Positions 8,833 through 18,334 of a stretch of 64,000 bases of DNA are shown here, piece by piece. Positions within the stretch are counted from its first letter, which is position 1. The number at the start of each line of letters is the position of its first letter. Position numbers and translations under genes: made by a program. A model generated the notes under the pieces. That model saw only the letters and a program-made list of their open reading frames with translations, ran no database searches and was not told the origin of the DNA. Source of the stretch: an uncultured Anaerolinea sp. GTDB lineage: Bacteria > Chloroflexota > Anaerolineae > Anaerolineales > Anaerolineaceae. The DNA lies in the NCBI GenBank assembly GCA_964624535.1, contig CAZUXF010000003.1, positions 104,308-168,307 on the forward strand, written 5' to 3'.

Positions 8833-9162
8833 ATTAACTTTCTTTATAAAGATAGATTAATTAATAGTAATGGCAGTAGGGGCTGTGGAAATGTGGATAA
8901 CTCGTCAAATTCCACACCTTCTTGGCAGATACACGGACCTTTCAGATAGATGCCCGAATATCCAGGGGTAGGAGGAGCAATTATCCTCCCCAAGCGTATG
9001 TTGAGAAACCCTGAAAATTAACGAGGGTTAAGTAAACGCTTGTAGTGCCTGTGGAAAATAACTTTTTTTCCACTGAATTATCCACAATGATGCAAGGCAT
9101 GGAAAACTCGTTTATCCACAATAAAGAGGGTGTTATCCACACAAAAAGTGAGGTTATCCACA
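8833..9162. other. candidate oriC / DnaA-box cluster with AT-rich unwinding tract
   Basis: Perfect TTATCCACA at 9078-9086, 9112-9120, 9133-9141 and 9154-9162, and in reverse orientation (TGTGGATAA) at 8892-8900. One-mismatch box TGTGGAAAA at 9050-9058. A roughly 40-nt almost pure A/T tract at 8833-8872. Confidence 0.6.
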
Positions 9163-9188
9163 GGGATCAAATGAAATTGGGGATGAAA

Positions 9189-10181
9189 TCAGCTTGAAAA
9201 GTGGTCAACGACCTCTTCCACGCGGTCAAGCGCGCTATCTAGCACTTCAAGTCTCGCGGGCAGGTGTTTACTTTCGAGGTGAAGTTCATGGCAAAGCGCT
9301 TGCCATTCTTTATATACAGGGTCGGCTTTAGGCAGCGCCGCCGCCACCATCGTCCACACATCCAGCAGGATCCAAACGGCCGCGGCTGGGCGTTCTTCCT
9401 TTAGACTGTGAATGGCTTTTTCGAAATAATTTCTCCGGTTGGGATGAATACTCGGCGGAAAGTTCGGCAGGTTCGCTAGTGAATCAAATGCCGCGCCTAG
9501 ACCGGTCATCCAAGGAGCCCAGTGTTCGTCAGTGACGTCTTCGCTGGTGAAAGCCTCGACCAGGTCACCAGTCAAATCTGACAACCCGGCTGCTGTGGCG
9601 CGAGCAGGCAGGTCAACAAACAAGCGGCGGAGGGTAAGCGGCATTCCGTTAAGTGTGACCGCGGCGTTGGCAGTAAAACGCACCACATCCAGCAACGCCA
9701 GGGTGCGTTTGATGCCTTGAGGAATTGTCCCGTCAACTAAAGCTTGCCAATTTTGCCTTGCCAATCCCAAAAACTTCTGACTTCTGCCGACCACATTGGC
9801 GGGCTGCCAATATTGTGAAACGGCGTTTGAGCGGGTAAGGTCAAACCAATGGGTCGAATCTTGTAAACTGAGAGATGCCGATTCCAGCGCGCCGCCGATC
9901 CAGGGGTCCAGGCGCAATTTCCGGGCTGGCGCAAACGATTCTTGTGTGTAATGTGCGATATCGAGATGCACGTCAGCGTTGATTCGCACGATCTCGCGTG
10001 GCACCATTACGGAGCGATCATGAACACACACCAGGTCGATGTCTGTGATCCCGCCAATGAAGGGTTCGTCATTTAATAGTGAACCGGTCAAATAGACACA
10101 AACCAAACCACGATCTTTTGCCGATAGTTTGGCCGCGTGTTCGCGGGCCAGGTTTAGCAGAATCTCTCGCGTAATGCGCAT
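9189..10181 (-). CDS. hypothetical protein with N-terminal nucleotidyltransferase-fold motif
   Basis: 330 aa. YLTGSLLNDEPFIGGITDIDLVCV fits the GS...DxD minimal NTase signature. The rest looks helical with no recognised domain. SD GGAG upstream. Sits 22 nt downstream of kinase 2, probably in the same operon. Confidence 0.45.
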   Translation of the reverse strand: MRITREILLNLAREHAAKLSAKDRGLVCVYLTGSLLNDEPFIGGITDIDLVCVHDRSVMVPREIVRINADVHLDIAHYTQESFAPARKLRLDPWIGGALESASLSLQDSTHWFDLTRSNAVSQYWQPANVVGRSQKFLGLARQNWQALVDGTIPQGIKRTLALLDVVRFTANAAVTLNGMPLTLRRLFVDLPARATAAGLSDLTGDLVEAFTSEDVTDEHWAPWMTGLGAAFDSLANLPNFPPSIHPNRRNYFEKAIHSLKEERPAAAVWILLDVWTMVAAALPKADPVYKEWQALCHELHLESKHLPARLEVLDSALDRVEEVVDHFSS

Positions 10182-10203
10182 GGCGCTCCGAATCTTAAAA
10201 CTT

Positions 10204-10839
10204 CTAATCTATGGGTAATTGAGGCTGCAACGGAGTTCGGCGCAAGGCTTCTTCGATGCGGGTTTCGATGGTATTAAAATCAGATGGCCGACCGACAAAA
10301 TCAAGGTCGTCGGTTTCGATGATCAACACCTTGCTGGAGTGCGAGGAACCCAGATAATAATCATCATACGACCGGTTTAACTGGTCAATGTAGTCGCGCT
10401 CCATGGAACGCTCATAGGGTCGGTCACGTTGGGCGATGCGTTGCATCAGGGTTTCGGTGGAGGCGCGCAGGTAAACCACCAGGTCTGGCGGCGTCACTTT
10501 TTCAGCCAGGGCTTCTTGCACGCTGTAGTACATGTCTAATTCGTCACCCTGTAAGTTAATCCGGGCGAATAAGGCGTCTTTTTCAAAGGTATAGTCGCTG
10601 ATCACAGCCTTTGCCACTTCAAGCCGCTCGTTGATGTTACGGCGCTGTTGATGGTAGCGGCTGAGCAAGAAGAAGATCTGCGTTTGGAAGGCAAACCGAG
10701 CGCGGTCCGAATAGAAATTACTTAAGAAGGGGTTTTCTTCAAAAACTTCGAGGACCAGATCCGCCTCAAAGGAAGACTGCAGCATCCTGGCGAGGGTGGT
10801 TTTTCCGACCCCGATGACACCTTCAATGGAAAAATACAT
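10204..10839 (-). CDS. deoxynucleoside kinase (dCK/dGK family), second paralog
   Basis: MYFSIEGVIGVGKTTLARML P-loop and the same family architecture as 7716..8372. Extended -10 TGGTATATT upstream on the minus strand at 10896-10904. Confidence 0.8.
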   Translation of the reverse strand: MYFSIEGVIGVGKTTLARMLQSSFEADLVLEVFEENPFLSNFYSDRARFAFQTQIFFLLSRYHQQRRNINERLEVAKAVISDYTFEKDALFARINLQGDELDMYYSVQEALAEKVTPPDLVVYLRASTETLMQRIAQRDRPYERSMERDYIDQLNRSYDDYYLGSSHSSKVLIIETDDLDFVGRPSDFNTIETRIEEALRRTPLQPQLPID

Positions 10840-10949
10840 CTTTGGCTGACTCCAACCGGTTTTCCGGCATGTTGATGGGATTTATTGATATTGAAAATAT
10901 ACCATAAATTAAAAGATGCGATTGACCAGTGAAATTGAAACCCGGCGGT

Positions 10950-11486
10950 TTATTCCCAAGGCCAGAGTTGGCCGCTCTGGTTGACGAACGGGATGATGGC
11001 ATCCAGGGTGGGAAGCGGGCTGCCCAAGCCGGTCATCACGATCGAAAGTTCGCCGCGGTGATGGGTGGAATGGATGAAGGCTTGGGTTAAGAGCTGCCAA
11101 CGCGCCAACTTGAAAGGCTGCCCGCCTATAGGAATTTCTACTATCTCAAGCAGTTTTTCGTCGGTAACCCAACTTAAATATCTCTTCCGTTCCTCCGCAA
11201 CTTGTTCAAATGCCAGGGCAATTTCGGTCAAATTCAACTGTTTATTTGGTGTGTCCTTGGGGTTGACCGGTTTGCCTTCGCAGCGCGCCAAAAAGAAGAA
11301 TTCTGTGGTCAACATGTGCGTCAACAACGCTTGAACTGATCCGTGACTGGGGCTGGAAGGCGCGCAGAAGTCGGTTTCGCTTAACCTCGCGGCGCTTTGC
11401 AGTACAAGATTATTGGCGTGACTGTTGTAATCTTGCAGTACGAGCAGGGCAGATTTATTCATGATTTCCATGAGGCTCTCCATCAC
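10950..11486 (-). CDS. DinB family protein
   Basis: 178 aa with spaced His residues (…THMLTTE…, HSTHHRGEL) typical of the DinB/YfiT four-helix-bundle family. Confidence 0.65.
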   Translation of the reverse strand: MMESLMEIMNKSALLVLQDYNSHANNLVLQSAARLSETDFCAPSSPSHGSVQALLTHMLTTEFFFLARCEGKPVNPKDTPNKQLNLTEIALAFEQVAEERKRYLSWVTDEKLLEIVEIPIGGQPFKLARWQLLTQAFIHSTHHRGELSIVMTGLGSPLPTLDAIIPFVNQSGQLWPWE

Positions 11487-11529
11487 ACGGGATCATCTTC
11501 ATAATAAAAATATTTCAGTCAGGGGAGTC

Positions 11530-11562
11530 AAAAAATGACAACCCCCGGAGATAATCCGGGGG
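11530..11562 (-). terminator. intrinsic terminator after pepF
   Basis: Stem CCCCCGGA/TCCGGGGG followed on the minus strand by TTGTCATTTTTT. Confidence 0.55.
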
Positions 11563-11573
11563 CTGAAAAGCGA

Positions 11574-13346
11574 TTAACGACTGAGTTTTTCCAGCTGGTC
11601 GACCAGGGCGTTCAACACATCGAAGCCGCCTTGCCAGAAGGAAGCCTTGGTCACATCGACACCGGCATCTTTAAGGACTTGCATTGGTGCCACAGAGCCG
11701 CCCGCTGTCAGCAGTTGGATGTATTTGGGCTTAAAGGATTCGCCCTCGGTTTTGAATTGTTTGTAGAGTGAAAGCACGAGGAGTTGCCCGAAGGCGTAGG
11801 CGTAAACATAGAAAGGCACCTGGAAGATGTGCGGAATGGACACCCATTCCCACTTAAATTCGTCGGCTACTTCCACTGCGTCACCAAACTGTTTCTTCAA
11901 GTTTTTCAGGTACGCTTCAGAAACTTCGTCCACTGAGGCGCCGTCGACGATCATTTGATGGGCTTCCTTTTCAAACAAAGCGAAGAATGATTGGCGCAGG
12001 ATGGTGGCGTAGGAATCGTCCATCTGCCTGAAGAGCAGGTCACGTTTGACGGCTTCGTCTGTCTCTTCGACCAAGAGGCGGTCCACCAGCATCATCTCAC
12101 CAAACGTGCTGGCGGTCTCTGCCAGGGGCAGGCAGGCGTGTTGGGTGAAGAGGGTGTGCTTGTCAGCCAGCATCGAGTGGATGGCGTGACCCAATTCGTG
12201 GGCCATCGTGGCCACATCGTCGGTTTTTCCCTGGTAGTTAAGTAGCACCCAGGGGGTCATCTCTGGCACGACGGTGGCGCAGAAGGCTCCGCCGCGCTTG
12301 CCCTTGCGAACCTCGGCGTCAAGATGGTCTTGCTCGAAAACGCGATGAGCCAGTTCTGCAAAATGAGGATCAAACTCGGTGAAACTTTCCAACACTTTTT
12401 TGGCGGCTTTTTCGTAGGGATAAGCTTTGTCTGCTTTGGCAATCGGCGCGTAAATGTCGTAGCGGCGCAATTTTTCCATGCCCAGCAGATTGGCTTTGAG
12501 TTTGAAAAAGCGCTGGAAGACATCGGCGTTCTTATCGGCGGTGGTAAGGAGCAAATCGATCACCGTGTCGGGCAAGTCGTTGGCCAGGTTACGCGCCGAA
12601 ATGGGACTTGAAAAGTGGCGCATCACGATCTCTTCATTACGCCAGTCGCGCACGATGGTCTGGTACATCTGACCCAGAATGTCGCCGTCCTCGCCGTAGA
12701 CACGGTAGAGTTCCTGGTAGGCGCGGGCGCGCAAGTCAGGGTCGGAGCCGCGCACCAGGCTCATCAACTCGCCACGGGTCAACTCTTTGACCTCGCCATC
12801 CACTTCGACCTTAAACACATAGCGGTTGGTGATGGAATCATAGAGGGTGGTCAGGGCGTTGATGCCGGTCACGTTTTTGGTGTTGATGATCTTTTCTTCG
12901 GGTTCACTGAGGGTGTGCTTCTTAAAGTGGCGCATCTCTTCAAGCCAGTAGCGGTAATCCCCAGAGTTTTTCATCAGGCGTTCGGCGGCCGCGTCCGGCA
13001 GGGCTTTCCACCATAAGCCGAAGAATAGCGTTCGATTCTGGATCTCGGATTGTTGTTGTTCGGTTTTGGCTACGAGGGTCAATGCGCCCTGGTTTTGGGT
13101 ATCTTCAGCAAACATCAATCCGGCGTAACTTCCCATGCGGTGCGCCAGGCGGTAAATTCCTTCCAACGCCTGGATAATCTTGAGAAAATCGACTTCACTG
13201 ATACCTTCCTGGAGAAGTGGGCGAAATTTCTCAAATTCTTCTGATAATTTCTCGATGGACTTGAAGTCTTTGTCAAAATCCTTTTCAGATGGATATAGGT
13301 CAGAAAGACTCCAGCGTTTTTGGGTAAATTCGCTCGTTTTTGTCAT
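11574..13346 (-). CDS. pepF: oligoendopeptidase F (M3B family)
   Basis: 590 aa with the HELGHAIH zinc-binding motif. Length and layout typical of M3B. Confidence 0.85.
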   Translation of the reverse strand: MTKTSEFTQKRWSLSDLYPSEKDFDKDFKSIEKLSEEFEKFRPLLQEGISEVDFLKIIQALEGIYRLAHRMGSYAGLMFAEDTQNQGALTLVAKTEQQQSEIQNRTLFFGLWWKALPDAAAERLMKNSGDYRYWLEEMRHFKKHTLSEPEEKIINTKNVTGINALTTLYDSITNRYVFKVEVDGEVKELTRGELMSLVRGSDPDLRARAYQELYRVYGEDGDILGQMYQTIVRDWRNEEIVMRHFSSPISARNLANDLPDTVIDLLLTTADKNADVFQRFFKLKANLLGMEKLRRYDIYAPIAKADKAYPYEKAAKKVLESFTEFDPHFAELAHRVFEQDHLDAEVRKGKRGGAFCATVVPEMTPWVLLNYQGKTDDVATMAHELGHAIHSMLADKHTLFTQHACLPLAETASTFGEMMLVDRLLVEETDEAVKRDLLFRQMDDSYATILRQSFFALFEKEAHQMIVDGASVDEVSEAYLKNLKKQFGDAVEVADEFKWEWVSIPHIFQVPFYVYAYAFGQLLVLSLYKQFKTEGESFKPKYIQLLTAGGSVAPMQVLKDAGVDVTKASFWQGGFDVLNALVDQLEKLSR

Positions 13347-13445
13347 GGCATCCTCAGAAATTTTTTTAATAGTATGCGTTTCCCGGACGGTTTACCGCCT
13401 TGCGATGATTATACCCCGGCGCAAAAACTCTCGCGCGAGTAGCGT

Positions 13446-14231
13446 TCAGGATCGAAAGGCGGCGTGGATCTTGTCCATCAAGGCGGCGTGGACCCCGGGG
13501 GCTGCAACCACCATGTCGAAGGGAGGTTTAAAGAAATCAAGCTCACCCCGCAGATTCGTGACGGTTGCACCAGCCTCCAGGCAGATCAATGCCCCCGCGG
13601 CGATGTCCCATGAGTTGATGCTCATCTCCCAATAACCGTCAAATCGTCCGCAAGCCACATAGCAGATCACGATGGCTGCGGACCCCAGGCGCACCACCCC
13701 TTGGGTGTTAAGCGTCAAATCCCCAAAAAGAGCCAGGTGGCGCACATACGTTTCATCATGATGGTGTGGAAACCCCGTGGAGAGCAGGCTCTTTTGTAAC
13801 TCGCTGGTTTGTGTAACATGAATGGATTCGCTATTCAACCAGGCGCCCTTGCCGCGCTCAGCCGCGAAACATTCGTCGCGCGATGGGTCGTAGACCACAC
13901 CCAACTGCAACTCACCATTTTTCTCATAGGCGATCGAAACCGCGTAAATAGGCACACGGTGGCTGTAATTCACCGTGCCATCCAGGGGGTCGATGTGCCA
14001 GCGGTGAGCCGGGTCGCCAGCGACGATGCCGGTTTCTTCGGTGATGATGGCGTGGGTCGGGAAGAATTCCTTGATTCGCGACATGAGCAAGGCTTCGCAG
14101 GTATGGTCCACTTCAGTGACCACATCTGTTGCGCCTTTATAACCGATGGTATGTTCCGCCAGAAAGCCTTCCCTCGCGATCTTGCCGGCTGCCTTGGCCC
14201 ATTCAATCACCTGGTTCAGAGTGGGTTCCAT
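13446..14231 (-). CDS. inositol monophosphatase family protein
   Basis: WHIDPLDGTVNY and WDIAAG motifs. Confidence 0.8.
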   Translation of the reverse strand: MEPTLNQVIEWAKAAGKIAREGFLAEHTIGYKGATDVVTEVDHTCEALLMSRIKEFFPTHAIITEETGIVAGDPAHRWHIDPLDGTVNYSHRVPIYAVSIAYEKNGELQLGVVYDPSRDECFAAERGKGAWLNSESIHVTQTSELQKSLLSTGFPHHHDETYVRHLALFGDLTLNTQGVVRLGSAAIVICYVACGRFDGYWEMSINSWDIAAGALICLEAGATVTNLRGELDFFKPPFDMVVAAPGVHAALMDKIHAAFRS

Positions 14232-14233
14232 TT

Positions 14234-14869
14234 TTATCGCTCCCCGTTGATCTCGGCGATCAACTGTTCAAAAAAACGATCCAGGTAGGCACTGCGTCCA
14301 CGGGCTAAATCCTTTGCGGTTTGGGTGAAAAGTTTGGCTTCGATCTTTTTAAGTTTGAAAAGGTGCTCGTGGTAGGCGCTGTGGAGTTCACCCTCCAACT
14401 CTTTACCGGTTTGGAGGAATTGTTGGGACGGTTCGGCATAAAAGGGAGTTCTAGCCAGGGCGGCATAAACCATCACACGGACGGCACCGATGGCGCCCAG
14501 CACATCCAGTTTATCGGCATCAAAAATACATTTCGCTTCGATACTTTCGGGAGGTTCCTGGTCGCCTCTGAACCGATGCGCGCGGATGCAATGCTGCACG
14601 GCTTTAACCCGCTCCATTGGCCAACCTTCATCTTTAAGGATCCTGCCGGCAAATTCTGACGAGCGCAGGTGATGCTCGAGGCGGGCATCGCTGCCCGGGG
14701 TGGTGCCGTCCGCGTCGTGGAGCAGGGCGGCGGCGCACACGATCTCGAGGTCGGCGCCTTCGGCTTCGGCGAGCCTTTCGGCCATGCGGTAGACCCGCTC
14801 AATGTGTGAAAAATCGTGTACGGCATCGACGTTTTGATACCATTCTTTGGCGCGTTCAAGGGTCAGCAT
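14234..14869 (-). CDS. HD domain phosphohydrolase
   Basis: H...HD (AALLHDADG) metal-binding motif. 211 aa. Sits immediately upstream of the IMPase gene. Confidence 0.7.
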   Translation of the reverse strand: MLTLERAKEWYQNVDAVHDFSHIERVYRMAERLAEAEGADLEIVCAAALLHDADGTTPGSDARLEHHLRSSEFAGRILKDEGWPMERVKAVQHCIRAHRFRGDQEPPESIEAKCIFDADKLDVLGAIGAVRVMVYAALARTPFYAEPSQQFLQTGKELEGELHSAYHEHLFKLKKIEAKLFTQTAKDLARGRSAYLDRFFEQLIAEINGER

Positions 14870-14898
14870 ATTACTCCATACAAAATTAGGATTTTGCC

Positions 14899-16152
14899 TT
14901 ATTGGATCGGAAAAACCTCACCTTTTTTGATCACCGTTTTAACGAGGTTGCTGCCAAAACGGTAAGCCAGGTGGCGGTAATCCGCGACATCCAGAATTAA
15001 AAGGTCAGCCTGCTTGCCGACCTCGATCGATCCTACATTCGTGTGCTGGCGGATGGCGTAAGCCGCGTTGATCGTAGCCGCGGCAAGCGCCTGTGCGGGA
15101 GTGAGTTTGAGGTAGCGGCAAGCCAGGGCGATGACGAACTGCATGCTTTCACACCAGGCCGTGCCGGGGTTCAGGTCGGTGGCTATGGCGAGGAAGCCAT
15201 CCGCGGAGAGCATCTCTTTGGCGGGTGAATAATGGGCTTCGGCAAGCCCAAAGGGTGTGCAAGGCAGCGAGACGATGACCGTTTCTGACGCGCCCAACGC
15301 GCGGATCTCCTCTGGTGAGGTTTTGACGGCGTGATCGACCGAAACCGCGCCCAATCCACATGCCAGGTCAGCCCCACCCAGATTCTCAAATTCGTCCACG
15401 TGTGCCTTGATCGGAAAACCCAACGCTTTAGCAGTGGTGAGAATTTGACGGGTTTGTTCCAGCGTGAACGCACCTTTTTCGCAAAAAACATCCACGAAGG
15501 GCAGGGGTTTGGAGGTAGCGTTGCTTTGCGACCAGCGCAACACGGCTGGCAACATCTCGTCGCAGACGATTCGGGTGTATTCGTCACCGCGACCCTGGTA
15601 TTCGGCCGGCACGGCATGAGCGCCTAGAAAAGTAGGTGCGATCTCGAGCGGACCCTCATCACCGAGCTGAAGCAGGGTTTCGAGTTGCCGGATCTCAGCG
15701 TTTAATTCCAGGCCGTATCCGCTCTTGGCTTCTGCAGAGGTTGTGCCGTGCGCGAACATGCGCTTGGCGCGCTCGCGGGTTTCTTCCATTAATGTAGATT
15801 GGCTCGCGGCGCGCGTTGCCTGCACGGTGGATTGGATGCCCCCACCCGTTGCCATGATCTCAAGATAAGTCATTCCTTGCAGCCGCATCTCAAATTCCGC
15901 GGCGCGGTCGCCTGCCCAAACCAGATGGGTATGCGGGTCAACGAACCCAGGCAAAACGGCTTTTCCCCCGGCATCCAGGCGGTCTTCGTTGGGGTGGCGA
16001 GTGAGCAGATCGGGCGTCGACCCTGTTTCCACGATCCGACCTTCGCGGATGAGCACCGCCCCGTTGGACAGGATCCCTAAATCCCCCAGGCGGCTGCCGC
16101 GTTGTGGCCCTCCTGCCAGGGTGATCAGTTGCGATGCGGAATGGATCAGCAT
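14899..16152 (-). CDS. hutI: imidazolonepropionase-like amidohydrolase
   Basis: PGFVDPHTHLVWAGDRAAEFEMRLQG and the downstream His/Asp pattern match HutI. No other hut genes are present in the window. Confidence 0.75.
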   Translation of the reverse strand: MLIHSASQLITLAGGPQRGSRLGDLGILSNGAVLIREGRIVETGSTPDLLTRHPNEDRLDAGGKAVLPGFVDPHTHLVWAGDRAAEFEMRLQGMTYLEIMATGGGIQSTVQATRAASQSTLMEETRERAKRMFAHGTTSAEAKSGYGLELNAEIRQLETLLQLGDEGPLEIAPTFLGAHAVPAEYQGRGDEYTRIVCDEMLPAVLRWSQSNATSKPLPFVDVFCEKGAFTLEQTRQILTTAKALGFPIKAHVDEFENLGGADLACGLGAVSVDHAVKTSPEEIRALGASETVIVSLPCTPFGLAEAHYSPAKEMLSADGFLAIATDLNPGTAWCESMQFVIALACRYLKLTPAQALAAATINAAYAIRQHTNVGSIEVGKQADLLILDVADYRHLAYRFGSNLVKTVIKKGEVFPIQ

Positions 16153-16226
16153 ACGACCTCCATAACCAGTTTCTTTCTTTCGAGATTAGTATACCTGACA
16201 GCGCCCCATGAGATCAGAAGAGGGGG

Positions 16227-17402
16227 TTAATCCTGGACGTGTTGTGGGAGTTTAATCCGTTTCAACAGAAAGAGCGCCACCAGGTCGAGTGCCAGGCAAG
16301 AGAGCGCGTTGATGAAAATTCCGCCCTGGTATAACCACGGACCCAGCAGATCGCCAAATGCCCGGCCAAGCGAGAGTGAAGCGATGAACAGAGCCATCAT
16401 CGTCGCCCGGGTTTTGGGCATGACCTCGGTAACCAGGGGCAGGGCGCTGATGATCGCCACTTCAAAAGTCAGGTAAAAGATGAACAACCAGGCGAACGCA
16501 CCAAATTGGGTTTTGCCTAGCAGCGGCAGGGTGAGCATAGCCCCGCCATTCACCAGTAAACCAATGGTGATGGAGCGTTCCTTGCCGAGATGGTCGGCCA
16601 TCCAGGCCGCGAGGCCTTCGCCTCCGAGTTCGGAAAGGCCAATCACCACGGACGCCGCACCCAGCGCCGCGATCTGCAGTCCATAGGCGTCTTGCATCCA
16701 AACACCGAAAACAACATTGACCAATTCGTTGCCGAGAATGAAAGTCATCCCCATGGCCATGGCTATCAGGGCAGGAGCGTAGGTCAAAACATTCTTAATG
16801 TCCGCGAAGATGGTGATAGGTTCAGGCTTCTCAGGTTTGTCGTTGGGGACGAACCACCAGATCATAAGTGTCATAATCGAGCCAGCGATGAGCAGGGCGA
16901 TAAACGGACCATTCCAAAGTGATTTTCCAAGAATCAATCCTGCCAGGGGAACGAGCAGAATAAACGAGAGTGCCCAAGAAAGCTCGATCACGGCCATATA
17001 GAAACCGCGTTTTTTATATGGGGTGTGGTCGCCAAGGTAAGCCTGCATGGCGGGGAGCATCACATTGTTCCCCAGGTTGCCGGCGATGATGGCGATAAAA
17101 AAAGTCAACAGGTTGGGGAAAAGACTCGCCGCGAGCATACCCGCGAGGAAAATACCCATCCCGGAGAGCATGCCCACTTTTCGACCGCGCTGGTCGGCAA
17201 TTGGCGCGAGGAAGGGACCAAGCGCGCTGGTGGCCATGGAGACCGCCATGGCAAGCGATATGGTGCCAATCTCCACGTTCAACCCGCCGGCGAAGACCGC
17301 CAGGAAGGGATAAACCATGCGTGATGATGTGTTGACTACCATCCGGGATAGTGTAAAAATGGACAAACGTACGTTTAATGAAGTCTGCACTTGAATCCCC
17401 AA
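16227..17402 (-). CDS. MFS transporter
   Basis: 391 aa with about 12 hydrophobic segments. TTG start; alternative ATG at 17342. Confidence 0.75.
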   Translation of the reverse strand: MGIQVQTSLNVRLSIFTLSRMVVNTSSRMVYPFLAVFAGGLNVEIGTISLAMAVSMATSALGPFLAPIADQRGRKVGMLSGMGIFLAGMLAASLFPNLLTFFIAIIAGNLGNNVMLPAMQAYLGDHTPYKKRGFYMAVIELSWALSFILLVPLAGLILGKSLWNGPFIALLIAGSIMTLMIWWFVPNDKPEKPEPITIFADIKNVLTYAPALIAMAMGMTFILGNELVNVVFGVWMQDAYGLQIAALGAASVVIGLSELGGEGLAAWMADHLGKERSITIGLLVNGGAMLTLPLLGKTQFGAFAWLFIFYLTFEVAIISALPLVTEVMPKTRATMMALFIASLSLGRAFGDLLGPWLYQGGIFINALSCLALDLVALFLLKRIKLPQHVQD

Positions 17403-17416
17403 AAAAAACGGAATTG

Positions 17417-17448
17417 TAAAAAAAATTCTCCCGGTTGACCGGGAGAAT
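17417..17448 (-). terminator. strong intrinsic terminator after the 85-aa ORF
   Basis: 10-bp stem ATTCTCCCGG/CCGGGAGAAT with loop TTGA, followed on the minus strand by a T8 run. Confidence 0.75.
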
Positions 17449-17464
17449 AATTGTTTATGTGTAT

Positions 17465-17722
17465 TTATTCAATGGTCTTGATCGGCCGTTCGGGTAAATT
17501 ATGAAAATGAACCACTTGCCGGTTGAAGGCGCTCACCCTGCTGATACGTTTCAGCCAATCCAGTTCTTCATCAAGGATATTGTGGCTGAAGTCATGTTCG
17601 CTGACGGCGATAAATTCGCCTGAAGCCACGTCTTGAAACAAGGCGTCGCCCCAATCGACACAAATGGTCCCGTCTTTAAGTACGATAACCCACTGCCGGT
17701 TTACCGGAGTTCCGCTGGACAT
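17465..17722 (-). CDS. hypothetical protein (85 aa)
   Basis: ORF with SD GGTGGA 6 nt upstream. Lies between the Rrf2 regulator gene and a strong terminator. No recognisable domain. Confidence 0.45.
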   Translation of the reverse strand: MSSGTPVNRQWVIVLKDGTICVDWGDALFQDVASGEFIAVSEHDFSHNILDEELDWLKRISRVSAFNRQVVHFHNLPERPIKTIE

Positions 17723-17783
17723 ACGTTTCCACCTACTCTTGGTCGTCGACCTTTTTGCTAATTCTACCCCGGCTGGCCCGAAA

Positions 17784-18185
17784 TTAAAGAGACACCAGGC
17801 TGCTGAAGGTTGTTTTTCGCAGTTTGTTTACCAGGTCTGCCTGTGTTTCGCACCAGATCTTGTGCATCGGGCAGTCATCTGAGAATTCGCACATTTCGGG
17901 CGAGATGGTGCATTCGTTGAGAGAAATCGGCCCGTCGATGGCTTCCACAACTTCAAGAAGCGAAATAGCGGACGCAGGTTTGGGCAATGCCACGCCACCC
18001 CGGGCTCCGCGTGAGGTGGTGATCAAACCCGCGATGTTTAATTGGGAAATGATCTTGGCCAAAAAAGAGGGTGGTATCTTCTGGACTTCTGCGATCTGGC
18101 TGGTGGCAGCCCTCTGTCCAAATTCAAGTTTGGCTAGATAGAGCATGGCCCGAACGGCATAATCAGCTTGCCTGGTAATCTGCAT
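17784..18185 (-). CDS. Rrf2 family transcriptional regulator (three C-terminal Cys)
   Basis: MQITRQADYAVRAMLYLA... winged-helix N-terminus and a CTISPEMCEFSDDCP cysteine cluster, suggesting an Fe-S-binding IscR/NsrR-like protein. Confidence 0.85.
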   Translation of the reverse strand: MQITRQADYAVRAMLYLAKLEFGQRAATSQIAEVQKIPPSFLAKIISQLNIAGLITTSRGARGGVALPKPASAISLLEVVEAIDGPISLNECTISPEMCEFSDDCPMHKIWCETQADLVNKLRKTTFSSLVSL

Positions 18186-18334
18186 CGATATATACCTCTT
18201 TTGGTAAAATTTGTCTTTATTTTACTCTAATTATAGAGATTTCATCTGTTTTTACCAAGTGATATTGATACTAATTATCCAACAAATCTGCAAACCATTG
18301 CATTGGGGCTAAGCCCAAAGGGTATAATACCCGC

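Noticed and set aside
14899-16152. A histidine-utilisation (hut) operon around hutI
   Set aside because: No hutH, hutU or hutG/F neighbours. This is a lone HutI-like amidohydrolase, so a pathway assignment is not supported.
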